Assembly: GCA_963825865.1 (NCBI GenBank)
Contig: CAWGVG010000006.1
Coordinates: 1-64,000, forward strand
Direction: 5' to 3'
DNA: 64,000 nucleotides
From: an uncultured Nitrososphaeraceae archaeon
Lineage (GTDB): Archaea > Thermoproteota > Nitrososphaeria > Nitrososphaerales > Nitrososphaeraceae
Shown here: positions 33,601 through 44,835 of the stretch, one piece after another
Numbering within the stretch: position 1 is the first letter of the stretch
Layout: every line of letters begins with the position of its first letter
The notes under the pieces: generated by a model
What the model saw: the letters and a program-made list of their open reading frames with translations, nothing else
Databases searched by the model: none
What the model was told of the DNA's origin: nothing
Position numbers and translations under genes: made by a program

Positions 33601-34047
33601 ATGTCTTTTACTAATAACAAGTCAATTGCAGAGCAATTCGTTGAGGAAGTATTAAACAAAGGAAATCTTGATAAAATAAAGAATTTAATTACTCCCGATA
33701 TCGTTTGGCACGGACAGTATAAAGAGGTTAAAGGTTTGAAGAGTTTTAAGAAATGGATCTCACTGGAGCGTAGCATCTTTCCTGATATGCAGTTTAACAT
33801 AGTAGATAATTTTGCAGAGCATGATAAGGTTGCTATTAGATGGGTATTGCAAGCTACGCATAAAAAGAAACCAAGTACCCATCAGAAATTTCAAACTATG
33901 GGCATCAGCATATTTCACTTTGAAGATGACAAAATCAAAGAAGCCTGGATTGTCTTTGATGCTCTGAACCCTGCACTACAGCTTAGAGTTGTTGATGTAG
34001 TGCCCTCAGGTTCCTATCTGATCAAAAGTTTTTCAAACAGGATATGA
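33601..34047 (+). CDS. SnoaL-like ester cyclase / NTF2-fold protein
   Basis: NKSIAEQFVEEVLNKGNLD, FPDMQFNIVD.FAE.DKVAIRW and GISIFHFEDDKIKEAW motifs. Confidence 0.88.
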   Translation: MSFTNNKSIAEQFVEEVLNKGNLDKIKNLITPDIVWHGQYKEVKGLKSFKKWISLERSIFPDMQFNIVDNFAEHDKVAIRWVLQATHKKKPSTHQKFQTMGISIFHFEDDKIKEAWIVFDALNPALQLRVVDVVPSGSYLIKSFSNRI

Positions 34048-34529
34048 TCGTCATATGAATATGAATATGGATTAGTGTACGTTCCAGCACATCTTCTCTA
34101 TCTTCCCAAAGTTTAATATATATTATAATGAATAGAACAGTAATCAAATCAAACCCTTTAGATACTTGCAAGGGATATTTATAGCACAAGACAGGACTTT
34201 CAATTTAAGGTCTACATGACATTCCTCTTTATTCGATCTGAATGAATTTGGATTACATTTCTCTTCGATATTTTATTTTATGATTCCCATACCCGTAATT
34301 TTTTGCTACTTCGTCTACCTTGATTATATGTAGCAATTTGCTCAATATTACCGCTTTTTTTTCCTCCTTTTCTTCATTTCCCTTGCTTTTCTTCTTTCCT
34401 TTCTTCTTTGCCAAGCTACAGCAGCGACTACTATTCCCATGACTAAAGCCATAATTCCCTTATCCTTATTCATAAGACCTTTTAAAATATATTAGGAGTT
34501 CTTGGGATAGAGATAAGTTTGGGGATTAA

Positions 34530-34692
34530 GTTGGTTCACTGTTAATGTGGGAAAAGAAAAGCATGGAAAAGAGACAAAATTTGATATTGCAGAATACCTT
34601 GAGGAGGAAGAAATTCAGAAATTAATAGAAAGGCAGCACCTACATTACAGAAAAAAGCTTTTCTTGCATGTATGTATGAAAGTGGAGCAGGG
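34530..34692 (+). pseudogene. Tyrosine recombinase fragment
   Basis: Reads EYLEEEEIQKLIE/APTLQKKAFLACMYESGA, the box-I lead-in, truncated just before the catalytic Arg. Confidence 0.6.
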
Positions 34693-34944
34693 GTAAAGAC
34701 AAATTTTTTCAGCCATGAATCATTTGGTCATCGTATTCCAAATTACACGAGATTTATGCTCGAGCCAAAAAGTGTGTCAAAAGCCATTCTTGCTGCCTGC
34801 AAACTCTCCTCGACTTGAAATAATGATTCCATTTTACATAAGAGTCGGAGTATGGTTTAAGCATACAATACCATACCTAGTCAATCCAATAGTTGGTTAT
34901 GTTTTTAATAGGCAATTAAAAAATAAGTGTTATTCACCAGTCTA

Positions 34945-36097
34945 AGTGAAGTGTCAGGATATATGTCATAATATGTTTATTCCATGGTTTAAATTCTTAG
35001 ATGGATAAAGCTTAACAGATGTAGGATATTTTCATTATGTGAGGTCTGCTTCTAAACTAAATCTAAGCCGCGCACAGAAAATAGGTTTAGAATCACTTAT
35101 GAATAACACAACTAGCAAAAGTGAGTATCGCAGAGTACTGGCTATACTTCAAAAGAGTGAAGGTAGAGGTTATGAAGACATAGGACATGAACATGCAGTC
35201 AACATTAGATCTGTACAAAGATGGGTTGCTGCGTTTATTCATGGTGGGATAGAAGAAGTAAAGATAAAGAAGACACCGAGAGGATCGAAATCACGCGTAA
35301 CAGATGAAAACAAAGAGATCATTCTTTCAGTGTTATTTAATGATCCACATATCTTTGGTTACCTTAGAAATACATGGAGTCTAAGGTCGCTTGCAAGATG
35401 TCTTACAGATGAGCTTGATATTTCAATCAGTTTCAAGCACCTACAGAGAATAACCAAGGATATGGGGATTAGATGCAAAAGGCCAAAATTGGAACTGTTA
35501 CATGGGCCGGATTATGAAGAGGGAAAAGAGAAAGTGAAAAACTACAAGCACGTAGCATCAGCTCTTAAAAAAAGGAGTGATGTTAGTATTTGAAGATGAA
35601 ACAACAATAACACAGAAACCTTGTATACGCAAATCGATGAGTTTTGAAGGTGAACAGCAAAAAATAGAACATAATGGTAGCAGGAAAAAGTTCTCTGCAT
35701 ACATATCCATGCTATGGCCAGATAAGAAGTTGATGTATGACTTTTACGATGTTATGAACTCCGATAATACCATAGACCATCTGGAGAATCTCAGGAAATA
35801 TGTCATGAAGATCAGATGGAAAAGACTGATACTCATATGGGATAATGCTTCTTTCCATGTAAGCCGAATTGTGCATGACTATATCAAAATACAGAAGGAT
35901 CGGCTAACCATAATTTATCTTCCAAAGAAGGCTCCATACCTAAATCCAAATGAAAGAAAGGTGAACCAGCAGATAAAGTCATATGTGTGTGCAAATAGGT
36001 TTTATGAAAATATAGAAAACCAGAAAGCTGCAGTGTCGGAATATCTCGATAAAAGATTTGGAAGATGGAATAATGACATTTAATGTGACACTTGACT
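34945..36097 (+). mobile_element. IS630-family element, copy 2
   Basis: Same TIRs as copy 1, flanked by TA in a CTA/TAG context. ORFs 35039..35593 and 35577..36083. Confidence 0.9.
35039..36083 (+). pseudogene. IS630 transposase; slippery site one base short (ORF2 in +1 frame)
   Basis: A7GG here versus A7GGG in copy 1. FEDET, WDNASFH and APYLNPNE are intact. Confidence 0.75.
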
Positions 36098-36264
36098 TAG
36101 TTGCTGCTATTGTATTATCTGCAAAGCTACTAACTACTCTACAACTATGTTATTAACTCCCACCCGTATTACCTTTCTTTGCATATGCTGACTGTTGGTG
36201 TAGCATTGGAGTTGTGTTAATTGTTGTTACAAGCTTCACCAATATTGATCATCTGATTCATGTT

Positions 36265-36567
36265 TCACAGTGTGGTACGGCTACTTGCATTATGGTTTTG
36301 AACCTTTCTGATGTTTAACAGATAATTTAGCATATCATCTAGAGTAGCATTAGGATAAATTGAAGATATTCTAAATTCCCAACCTCCCAAAGCAACAAAA
36401 TCATCGCTAACCTTCTGCGGGGTGTACTCGTTTTCGTCCAGCAATATATCAGGTTTTTCTAATAGTTCCAATAGATGATTACATTTCCAAATTACTTTTC
36501 CGCTAATGCTAGCTTGGCACCTACTGTCTATTACAATAAAAAGAGAGAAATATGTTATATATGGCAT
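36265..36567 (-). CDS. Hypothetical protein, possibly a fragment
   Basis: 100-aa ORF with no motif. Confidence 0.4.
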   Translation of the reverse strand: MPYITYFSLFIVIDSRCQASISGKVIWKCNHLLELLEKPDILLDENEYTPQKVSDDFVALGGWEFRISSIYPNATLDDMLNYLLNIRKVQNHNASSRTTL

Positions 36568-36776
36568 TATATGCTACAAGCCGTCTCTATTCATTGATTC
36601 TATTATCTTAGATCATACAGCACCTTATTTTTCAGCTTCAAAGTATCAAACTTTAGCGGTCTATATCAGTTCTTCACGGAGTTCCTCAAAGCATACCTTA
36701 CCATATTGCTGCCCCGACCTCCTCATTCGGGGGAGCCATTGACACCATTTTATAAAAGCTGCTGATTCAGAACTTT

Positions 36777-37043
36777 CTACTTCATAGTTGCCTTGGAGAG
36801 TTGGTTCAAGAAACACCAAAAAAAGAGATTTGATGTATGAGTAAAGGAAAAAGAGTCCTTCAAGAATCTTTTGATATGTGACTTTATTTTCTGCTGCATT
36901 TCTGGAGTCATTATCTCTTCTGCTTTATAGTGATGGTCCTGTACTGCATGTTGTTCTGCATTTTTCATAATTTCTTCTTCTGTTTCATCTTTGCATACAT
37001 AGTCACAATCCATTCCTACCTCTCTACATGATACTGTTAACAT
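36777..37043 (-). CDS. DUF1059 small metal-binding protein
   Basis: SCREVGMDCDYVC...EEEIMKNAEQHAVQDH pattern. Confidence 0.85.
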   Translation of the reverse strand: MLTVSCREVGMDCDYVCKDETEEEIMKNAEQHAVQDHHYKAEEIMTPEMQQKIKSHIKRFLKDSFSFTHTSNLFFWCFLNQLSKATMK

Positions 37044-37239
37044 TATTTTTATTAGCTGAGAGTAGACTAAAAGGTTTTTTATCTTTCAAAAAAAGAACCT
37101 TTCTTTAAATTTGCATCATTAGTAGTGCACGTTTCACTGTCCTTCTCTTCAATTTCGGAATCAATTTCTCTGATCTTATCTTTTATAGACTGATATTCTC
37201 CATTTTCATCTTTTCACACCAGGTCTGTGAAATCATGCT

Positions 37240-37473
37240 TTATCGCACATTGCACTCAGAAATAGAACATCTGATTTTGGAAATAGCTCTGCTACTTTTT
37301 TTTACTGGATAAGATTTTCCTTCACCTGTCGGGGCATTTATAGCTAGGTTAATAGGATTATTTGTATACATGCTCAGAAGAGTATAATGGACTTGTCTGC
37401 AAAGTCTGTCATCTTGTTTTACTTCCTTTGCTACAACATCAACGTGATTTAATATCGGATGATCGAATATCAT
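37240..37473 (-). pseudogene. Fragment of a P-loop NTPase (replication/helicase-like)
   Basis: NPINLAINAPTGEGKSY Walker A, followed by a frameshift. Confidence 0.55.
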
Positions 37474-37613
37474 CTTCAGATGTTACTGTCATCTTCTTCT
37501 AAACCTATTCCATAATCAGTCTGTATTGAATGCCTTTCAATAGATGCTTATTCCCAGTTAGCGCACAGATCTTAGAGAAATTGTGCCTATTCTGTTTCTT
37601 CATCTAAATCTAT

Positions 37614-37826
37614 GATGCGACATACATTTTCAATAAAAAGTACAGAGACAGATTAGATATATTTTCAGAAATCCTTGAGCTGGGAAATGGCAATGAAGTA
37701 AGAGTTGGTAATATTTCACATAAATCTGGTCTTCCATATAATCTGCTAAAGAAACACTTGAAAATACTGCTATACAATAATTTATTGGAATATCATAAGG
37801 AGGAAAAAACCTATAAAACGACTAGC
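37614..37826 (+). pseudogene. Winged-helix regulator (archaeal HTH_45-like), truncated by IS481
   Basis: KYRDRLDIFSEILE...LPYNLLKKHLKILLYNNLLEYHKEEKTYKTT ends at the IS end. Confidence 0.7.
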
Positions 37827-38854
37827 TGTTGTACTTACACAGATGGGTAACAATTTTGATTACCTACATAGGTTACACTTTCTTGCTTCCTTTTTGTATA
37901 TGTCTTAGATTTAATTAACCTTTGTACAAACCTTTCAGAAGGAGTAAGACCATTTATTCCACCATGTTCCCTAGTTTCATTATATGCTTTGACAAACATA
38001 TCATACCTTAGTTTTCCATCATCAATACTTGTTATTTCTTCAACTGTCAAGAACTCATTCTTTACAATCTTGTTATATGCTTCTATCTTTCCTTGTAACT
38101 GTGGATATGAATTTGGAATTGGTTTATCCTTTATGTTATTCTTATATGGAAAGTGTTTGAATAGTTTAGATGTAAACTGCTTACCGTTGTCATGCATAAC
38201 TTTCCTGGGCTTTCCGTTATCCATAATCCACTCCTCTAGTACATTCAAAACATCAATGCTCCTCTTTCTTTCAGACCACTTGCTAGCAACTTTTCTTGAA
38301 CAGTCATCTATACAGCTTATCATGTAATTTCTTGTGCTAGAACAGCGTACGTAAATGGTCCAAGTATATCCATTTGAAGCATGTCATTTGGATGTTTCAT
38401 TGCAAATCGCTTATACTTTCTATTATTCTTTACCTTACAGTTTAGAACGTTGAGAGTATGTTTTTTCAATGTCTTGTATATGGTTCTACTGCTCAATGAT
38501 ACTCCAAGTCTTTTTAATCTGAACCTGATTCTACTAGTACCAAAGGTCTTTAATCTTAAATCAAGTATTGTTTCTTCTATTTCTTTAGATACTTTGGTTT
38601 TGATGCTATGAGGCCTTCTAGATAGGTCTTTCAACCCGTCTATTCCGTGCTCTATGTATCTATTTTTCCACTTGTAATATGTCTTCCTAGATATTTCGTA
38701 TTTATTGCAAATATCGCTAATACTATTACCAGTCCATTCATGTTCATGAATGAGATTGAATTTTGTTCTAATTTCTATAGAGATTTCCACTTCCTAGCAG
38801 AAGTGTTACCTATGTCTGTAAGCTATATTGTTACCTATGTTTGTAGGTACAACA
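37827..38854 (-). mobile_element. IS481-family insertion sequence, copy 2 (no TSD); transposase frameshifted
   Basis: Ends TGTTGTACTT / GGTACAACA. Flanks ACTAGC and ATTAAG differ. ORFs 38320..38790 and 37835..38323. Confidence 0.92.
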
Positions 38855-38862
38855 ATTAAGTC

Positions 38863-40085
38863 TAACGCAGATACTATAGAATCTAAAGTAACTGACACTT
38901 CATATTACCATAATGAAAAACACGAGACTTATTATTGTCCTCATGAGATTTCAGTACAGCGGATAACGTCTGATGCATCAACTATTTTGTTAATGTATTT
39001 TCCCATGTATCTGTCTTCAAGGATTTTGAATTTGCCTCTTTCCTTGTGTATGATTTTTGCATCTATCTTCACTCCTTCATCGATAAACAGAACACACCAA
39101 CAAGAGCATCTTTCTCCTTTTACTGTTATGTTAAAATCGTTGTTATCATTCACTTCAAGAGGTACTCCTTCCATACCTACTAAATGGAACAGCATCAATA
39201 ACAGTAGTGATTTTCGCTTTGATCTTATTGACCATCCATCGTCTGGCAACAACAACTGCAGCATCATTTTTTATTGACATGTTGGTCATTTTCATATTCG
39301 CCCTATCGACTATGATCAGAAAGTAGTTGATAGACTTAAACCTTTTGATAACAATATTAAACAATTGTAAAGTAATATTCCCAAATACCATTCTATTTGT
39401 AAATCTATAGTAATGAATATGAAGAGGCATTTAATGAATGTAAACGACAAATCCTACCTTAGATCACTAATACTAACTATCAGAACATATGGCATTAGTA
39501 TTAGATGTATTGCCTCTCTCGACAGGAATGCAATCGAATAAATTATTACTTTTATTTTCCAACAGCGTGCTGTAAAACTTGCTTTTACGATTGGATGATA
39601 ATTCTGACATTTTGGAAATTAAACTTAACAAATATCAATTACAAGTAAGGAATAATGTTCATTTATTCAGTATTTTCTCCAACAGCCTTATATTCTTCAA
39701 AAATATTAGAACAATTATGTTAGAAAATATAGCATACGTAGGTCTTGGCTTTGCATCAGTCTTCTTCGCATTGGAAACAGCATGGCACTTTACAGCCTGC
39801 AAGATACATGACAAATCGATAAAGCCTTGTTTCTACAAACAAGTTGGCTTATTGAAATAGATAGAAAGAAAGAAAGAGAGGTCTTGGTAATAATGGCAAG
39901 TATTGAAAGCAGTAGTAGAGCTAGAAGAAGGACAAAATCATTAAAGATGAAAATCCCATCATCATCAACCTCATTAGTAAACAAAGCGTCTAAAATATCA
40001 CCATCTAATGCTATTGAAGTACAAAGGATCATAGCTCGTGATGGTTTTGCTTATTTTCCGATGGCTAATGACTAATAAGTATAGA
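38863..40085. repeat. Inverted duplication, copy B (partner 2289..3511)
   Basis: See 2289..3511. An extra base near 39161 frameshifts the paralog of 2945..3433. Confidence 0.95.
39717..39860 (+). CDS. Small membrane peptide, 47 aa (duplicate of 2515..2658)
   Basis: MLENIAYVGLGFASVFFALETAWHFTACKIHDKSIKPCFYKQVGLLK. Confidence 0.65.
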   Translation: MLENIAYVGLGFASVFFALETAWHFTACKIHDKSIKPCFYKQVGLLK

Positions 40086-40170
40086 CTCGGATCTAAGAAG
40101 GATTAGTGTAGTAGAAAGAACCAAACAACTTATTAGTTTCTCCAAAAGAATGGTAAATAATTAATTAATT

Positions 40171-41351
40171 GACGATTGGACATAAATCCAGACTCTATTT
40201 TTTGCAAATATATATTGATGAATTAGGCTAAAGCTATCCTTTGGATGTCTGAATTTGTGATGACATATAATAAAACATCCTCAAAGGACAGCACATGATA
40301 GTTCAGAATCCATCCTTATTGGTATTCTGTATTTGATAGGCTTGATACCATGGCCAGAATCACAAAAGATGAAAAAAAGAGGTAGACCATACGTCTATTC
40401 TTCTACTGTCATACTACGATGTTTCATAGTCAGATTGTGGTTTAGAATGGATTCTAACAACGCATTACATGAATTCCTAGGAATGGATTACCCTTACAAT
40501 AAGAAGATAATGAAAAGATGTGGTCTTACCCAAATACCAGATAGACGAACATTTGACAGACGTCTTAAGACCATATCCATAGACATCAAGGAAAGGATTG
40601 CTACTATGACTAGTCTATTAGTAAATGGGAAGATAATAGACCCTTATATTGTTGCAATAGATAGTACATTGCTCAAAGCCAGAGGACATGTTTGGCACAA
40701 ATCATCTATGGATAAAGGAATAGTACCACGTTCAGGTATAGATACAGATGCCAGGTGGGGATTCAGTCATACCAGAGGTTGGATATTTGGTTACAAACTA
40801 CATTTGATATCAAGTACTGGTTCTACCATAGTACCTTTAGCAGCAGATTTTACAACTGCTAATGTACAGGATAATCAAATGTACAATCCTATGATATCAT
40901 CATCATCATCATCTCTGTTCCTAGAAACATGTTTCATGATAGGTGATTCTGGGTATGACGACAATAAACTATATGATTTGAGTACTAAAAGAGGATTTGA
41001 ACTGGTATGTCCAGTACAAAGGTACAAAAATACCCCAAAGAATAGACTAGAGCTGATACAATTCTATGAATCTGAGTTAGGACAGGCTATTTACTCTTGG
41101 AGAAGTAAATCGATAGAACCACTAATAGAACATATTAAATCTATTTTTAGAATAGACCCATTACCGGTAAGAGGCTATCAGAAGGCTGCTGGAATAGTAC
41201 TTCTGTCAGTACTACTGTATCAGATCCTTGTCTACTACAATTATAAAACCAGACCTAGTCAACGACCAAAATCAATCAAACACATGTTATGTAGTTAATG
41301 CAGCACTAAATGATAGATGAAAAATATAGAAATGAATTATGCCCATGTCTC
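40171..41351 (+). mobile_element. IS4/IS5-superfamily insertion sequence
   Basis: Imperfect terminal IRs (GACGATTGGACATAAATC versus revcomp GAGACATGGGCATAATTC), flanked by AATTAATT on both sides. The ends are ambiguous because the flank is palindromic. Confidence 0.7.
40333..41298 (+). CDS. DDE transposase (DDE_Tnp_1-like)
   Basis: KRGRP, IPDRRTFDRR, VAIDST, DARWG, FGYKLH, IGDSGYD and Y.WR...IEP motifs. Confidence 0.9.
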   Translation: MIGLIPWPESQKMKKRGRPYVYSSTVILRCFIVRLWFRMDSNNALHEFLGMDYPYNKKIMKRCGLTQIPDRRTFDRRLKTISIDIKERIATMTSLLVNGKIIDPYIVAIDSTLLKARGHVWHKSSMDKGIVPRSGIDTDARWGFSHTRGWIFGYKLHLISSTGSTIVPLAADFTTANVQDNQMYNPMISSSSSSLFLETCFMIGDSGYDDNKLYDLSTKRGFELVCPVQRYKNTPKNRLELIQFYESELGQAIYSWRSKSIEPLIEHIKSIFRIDPLPVRGYQKAAGIVLLSVLLYQILVYYNYKTRPSQRPKSIKHMLCS

Positions 41352-41357
41352 AATTAA

Positions 41358-41597
41358 TTGGTATTTGCAATTAAGCGTTACGTAAAACAAAGCAATCAAT
41401 GGGTCGACATCAGTCTAATTGGAGAAGATGGGTATTTCAGAGGTAATGCCAATACTTTCTCAACAAAAGCCAAAGCACAACGGTATCTTGAATTATACCA
41501 ATCAAGGATTGGCAGTAAATTGAATTTTTATGGAAAACCTAAAAAGGTTTTGAGACTGAAGGTTTTCGAACTTGCGCCGCTAGAGTTAATTGACTGA
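41358..41597 (+). CDS. Hypothetical protein
   Basis: 79-aa ORF starting at the IS right end. Confidence 0.5.
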   Translation: MVFAIKRYVKQSNQWVDISLIGEDGYFRGNANTFSTKAKAQRYLELYQSRIGSKLNFYGKPKKVLRLKVFELAPLELID

Positions 41598-41719
41598 ACT
41601 AAAGTAAGTTATTTGATTATCAGTTGGCATGTAGAGGACTTTTGCAAAACATAATTGCAAGACATTAGTTAACTGCTACCCCTAACTATACAAATGTAAT
41701 TCAAAATCTCTTTTGTCTA

Positions 41720-41983
41720 CTAAAGTCTGGCTACTTCTACTTCAATAATCCATTCACATTTTTTTATACCTGCTTTGTAATGATGATTTTCAACTGCAAG
41801 TGAATCTGGTGCATTCAAAAGGCAAAAGCACATATTGGCCCCTTTATCGTAGAAGTAATTTACATGTCTAACACCAAATTCATCTATTGGTGACTTGAAG
41901 AATTCCTTTAAATGATCTTCGCTGAACGGAAGATTATGAACATCAAGAAATATTGGCAATTCATGGGCATTTAGATCATCCAT
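41720..41983 (-). CDS. DUF4242 / SCO4226-like metal-binding protein
   Basis: FLDVH...FGVRHVNYFY....CFCLLNAPD..AVENHH.KAG...WIIEV pattern. Confidence 0.8.
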   Translation of the reverse strand: MDDLNAHELPIFLDVHNLPFSEDHLKEFFKSPIDEFGVRHVNYFYDKGANMCFCLLNAPDSLAVENHHYKAGIKKCEWIIEVEVARL

Positions 41984-42517
41984 ACCTATATAATTTGTTG
42001 AAGAACGAGCTTGCTTCCAACAAATAATTAGCCACCTCTTATATCAGAGATAATGTGGACTGCTAGCCAGGTTGTTAGCAACTGATAAACAATCAAGGAT
42101 GTAAAAATTGAAGAATGCTTAGGTTATGCACAATATATTCAAAAATTTCCAATTATCAATACCTTTTTCTATTTGATCATTTATAATTCACAAATTGGCT
42201 GTTCCACGGAGTAATTTGACAACCCGAACAACGCCTAGTGTATGTAATCATAAGTGCTAATGGCTTGGCTGATGCATTAACAAATCCTGCTACTGTAACA
42301 TTATCACCTGGTGTAGCTTAGTCCTGATAGGTTAACGTAATTATATTGTTGTCATCTCCTAACTTACTTTTTTTTGAAGGTAATGATATAATCCAAGTCT
42401 TGAACCAACCTTCAGATCATCATTTGTCACAATATATTGTTACTACAAATCAGAACGATCGATAAAGCTATTAACTTATCGATAAGAATGAGCAACTATT
42501 TAATACTGTTAAATAAC

Positions 42518-43621
42518 TTATTTGTAACCTGGCAGTAGCTGTTCTTCAACCTTTGAAATAATTTTATTTTCTTCTAATTTACCGTTTATTGCTTTAATAT
42601 CATTATCATCTATCGCTTTAATATTATCACGATCATATTCTTTCCTGAATTTCTCTTCTACAATTTTGTTAGCTTCAGGATCTATAATTATGAGCCTATG
42701 TTTTCCTCTTCTCATAGCTTCAAGAAATATTTTTCGTATAAACAAATCATTAAAGGAATAACCTATAACGATCCAATTCTGTGTGTTAGCTAGATCTTCC
42801 TTGAATGTTTTTAAAAAATCAAACCAAGGATGCAGATATAGATCCTTTTGATTAATAGGATAGAGCATCATTTCGCCTGTAACTATTTTTCCACCAATAC
42901 TGATCCTATTAGTATCTGATTCAACTATATTTCCATCGACCAATCCATACCATCTAATCGAACCGTGCAAGTGGACCAATCGCAGATTTGGCGATTGGAT
43001 TCTTTTAATATCTACAAATCTTATATTATTTTCTTCCCTTAACAGGTTATTGATTGGAGCAATTCCTTCCCAACAAAGTTCTTGTACTCTATCATAATTC
43101 GTTGTATATATATGCCAATTTTCGAAATAATATTTTTTCCCATCTACTTCTCTCGGCGTACAAGCCACTTTGCAAGCTATCATATTAAAAAAAGGCCAGA
43201 AGACTTCCTTGATATGAGCATCTTCATTTTCATTTACACTACATTTTTCTCTGATAAAATCTCTAAACTTAGTTAGCAAATTATCTGCAATAATTCTTGT
43301 TTTGTCGTCAGCTATAGATTCATCTTGTATTTTAGTAAGCTTATTAGTAGAAAGGATATAGACAGAAGTAAAACCAAGTTGTGAATATGTGATGCTTTTA
43401 TGTAGATCTTTTATTATGCTGAAAACAGATTCCAAGTCGGAGTATCTATAGACAGATAATAAACTGTTCTTGATAGACTGATAAAGATCATACATTTCCT
43501 TTGAATTTGTTTCTGATCCTTCTTTGAGCTTTTTTTCGAAACAAGTAACAAGCCCCTTCATTGTAGGAATGCCAAATGCAGATGAAGCTCCAGAACCAAG
43601 AAAAATCAAGCTATTTGCCAA
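42518..43621 (-). CDS. SIR2-like domain protein (SIR2_2 type, candidate NADase defence effector)
   Basis: FLGSGASSAFGIPT, IYTTNYD, LVHLHGS and IVIGYSFND motifs. No Zn-binding Cys pairs of deacylase sirtuins. Confidence 0.88.
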   Translation of the reverse strand: MANSLIFLGSGASSAFGIPTMKGLVTCFEKKLKEGSETNSKEMYDLYQSIKNSLLSVYRYSDLESVFSIIKDLHKSITYSQLGFTSVYILSTNKLTKIQDESIADDKTRIIADNLLTKFRDFIREKCSVNENEDAHIKEVFWPFFNMIACKVACTPREVDGKKYYFENWHIYTTNYDRVQELCWEGIAPINNLLREENNIRFVDIKRIQSPNLRLVHLHGSIRWYGLVDGNIVESDTNRISIGGKIVTGEMMLYPINQKDLYLHPWFDFLKTFKEDLANTQNWIVIGYSFNDLFIRKIFLEAMRRGKHRLIIIDPEANKIVEEKFRKEYDRDNIKAIDDNDIKAINGKLEENKIISKVEEQLLPGYK

Positions 43622-43988
43622 TTTCTACAATTGCATAATAAGCATGTTAATATAAATATTCTCGCAATATTCTTATGAATACACTATTATTTGTTAAATA
43701 AAAATAATATTGTGAAAGTTTTATACTTGTAATGTGCAATAAGTTATACTTACATAAGGTGCTGACGATATTGTAAGATAGTCACGCTCTATGAAGCAGT
43801 TTATCTTAAGATTTTACATAAGGAATTGCTAACATTGTAATATCATGTATCTTGGATATACAACAAAATTGTATTAGTTTACATAAGAATGGGATAAACA
43901 GATAGATAGTTGGTGGCAATAATATTGCCGCATTTGATTTATTTGCAAAAGATAGAAGATAGTCATATATTGAAAAAATTGTTACTGA

Positions 43989-44387
43989 CTATACAATATT
44001 AGCAGTAGTAGGCAATGGCAATTGTTTTCCAATATACTTTTTCCTTAATTTCTTAGAATTGCAATCCCAGATATATGCATAATAATATTTGTGTGTATTA
44101 TGTCTGCAATCTTTACAACACTTTACCTTTTCATATCTTATTGTGCAATTCTGCGGTAAATTCAGTTTCTCTTTGACCTTTTCTTCCTGTTCATATATTC
44201 TTTCTAATTCAAAATACTCTGAAGATAGGTAACTCGCTGATTCAAGTTTGTTTCTGTATTCCTTATCACTATAAAATTTTTCGAGGTTATCTGAATCGTG
44301 TAATAACTTCTTTAGCATATATCTTGGATCTGATAGCCCTGCTCTCTCTTGCAATTTTGCTAGACGTGTATTAAAATCCTTGTACAT
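43989..44387 (-). CDS. Putative nucleic-acid-binding protein, DUF6788-like C-terminus
   Basis: IRYEKVKCCKDC...H.YYYAYIW....KLRKKYIGK pattern. Confidence 0.65.
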   Translation of the reverse strand: MYKDFNTRLAKLQERAGLSDPRYMLKKLLHDSDNLEKFYSDKEYRNKLESASYLSSEYFELERIYEQEEKVKEKLNLPQNCTIRYEKVKCCKDCRHNTHKYYYAYIWDCNSKKLRKKYIGKQLPLPTTANIV

Positions 44388-44588
44388 TTCTATTGTTGCA
44401 GTTATTGTATGTACCTACTTACACACTGATAAATTTATTGCAGTAATATAATTAGTTTGAAATTCTTGTCGACAGGAGTTAGATATATGCGTTGAGAGCA
44501 TATATATTATAACCTAATAAATAAATGGCGTTCTGAAGGAATAATGGGATGAAGTTTAAAAAATAAGAGTGGGATCGGTAGGCTATGG

Positions 44589-44800
44589 TTACCTTTCTGT
44601 GTTTGTAATAGTACATGTTAGGTGTTGGCCTGCAGCTATGGTATCTTCACAATCACTACTGAAGGAAACATCAAAAAATGGTGGCTCATTAAATCTCTCT
44701 TCAAATGAGAAGTCATCCCCTGGCTGCAGTGTAAAAAGGACACCATTTCCAACAGCAGACTGACATGTGAAAGTTTGAGGGTCTTGGGAGCGGACAAGTA
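44589..44800 (-). pseudogene. C-terminal fragment of a surface-protein beta-sandwich domain
   Basis: TLQPG....ER...SFSSDCEDTIAAGQHLTCTITNT with no credible N-terminus. Confidence 0.5.
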
Positions 44801-44835
44801 AAGATATTTGACAGCCATTTACGACGAGAGAGCAA

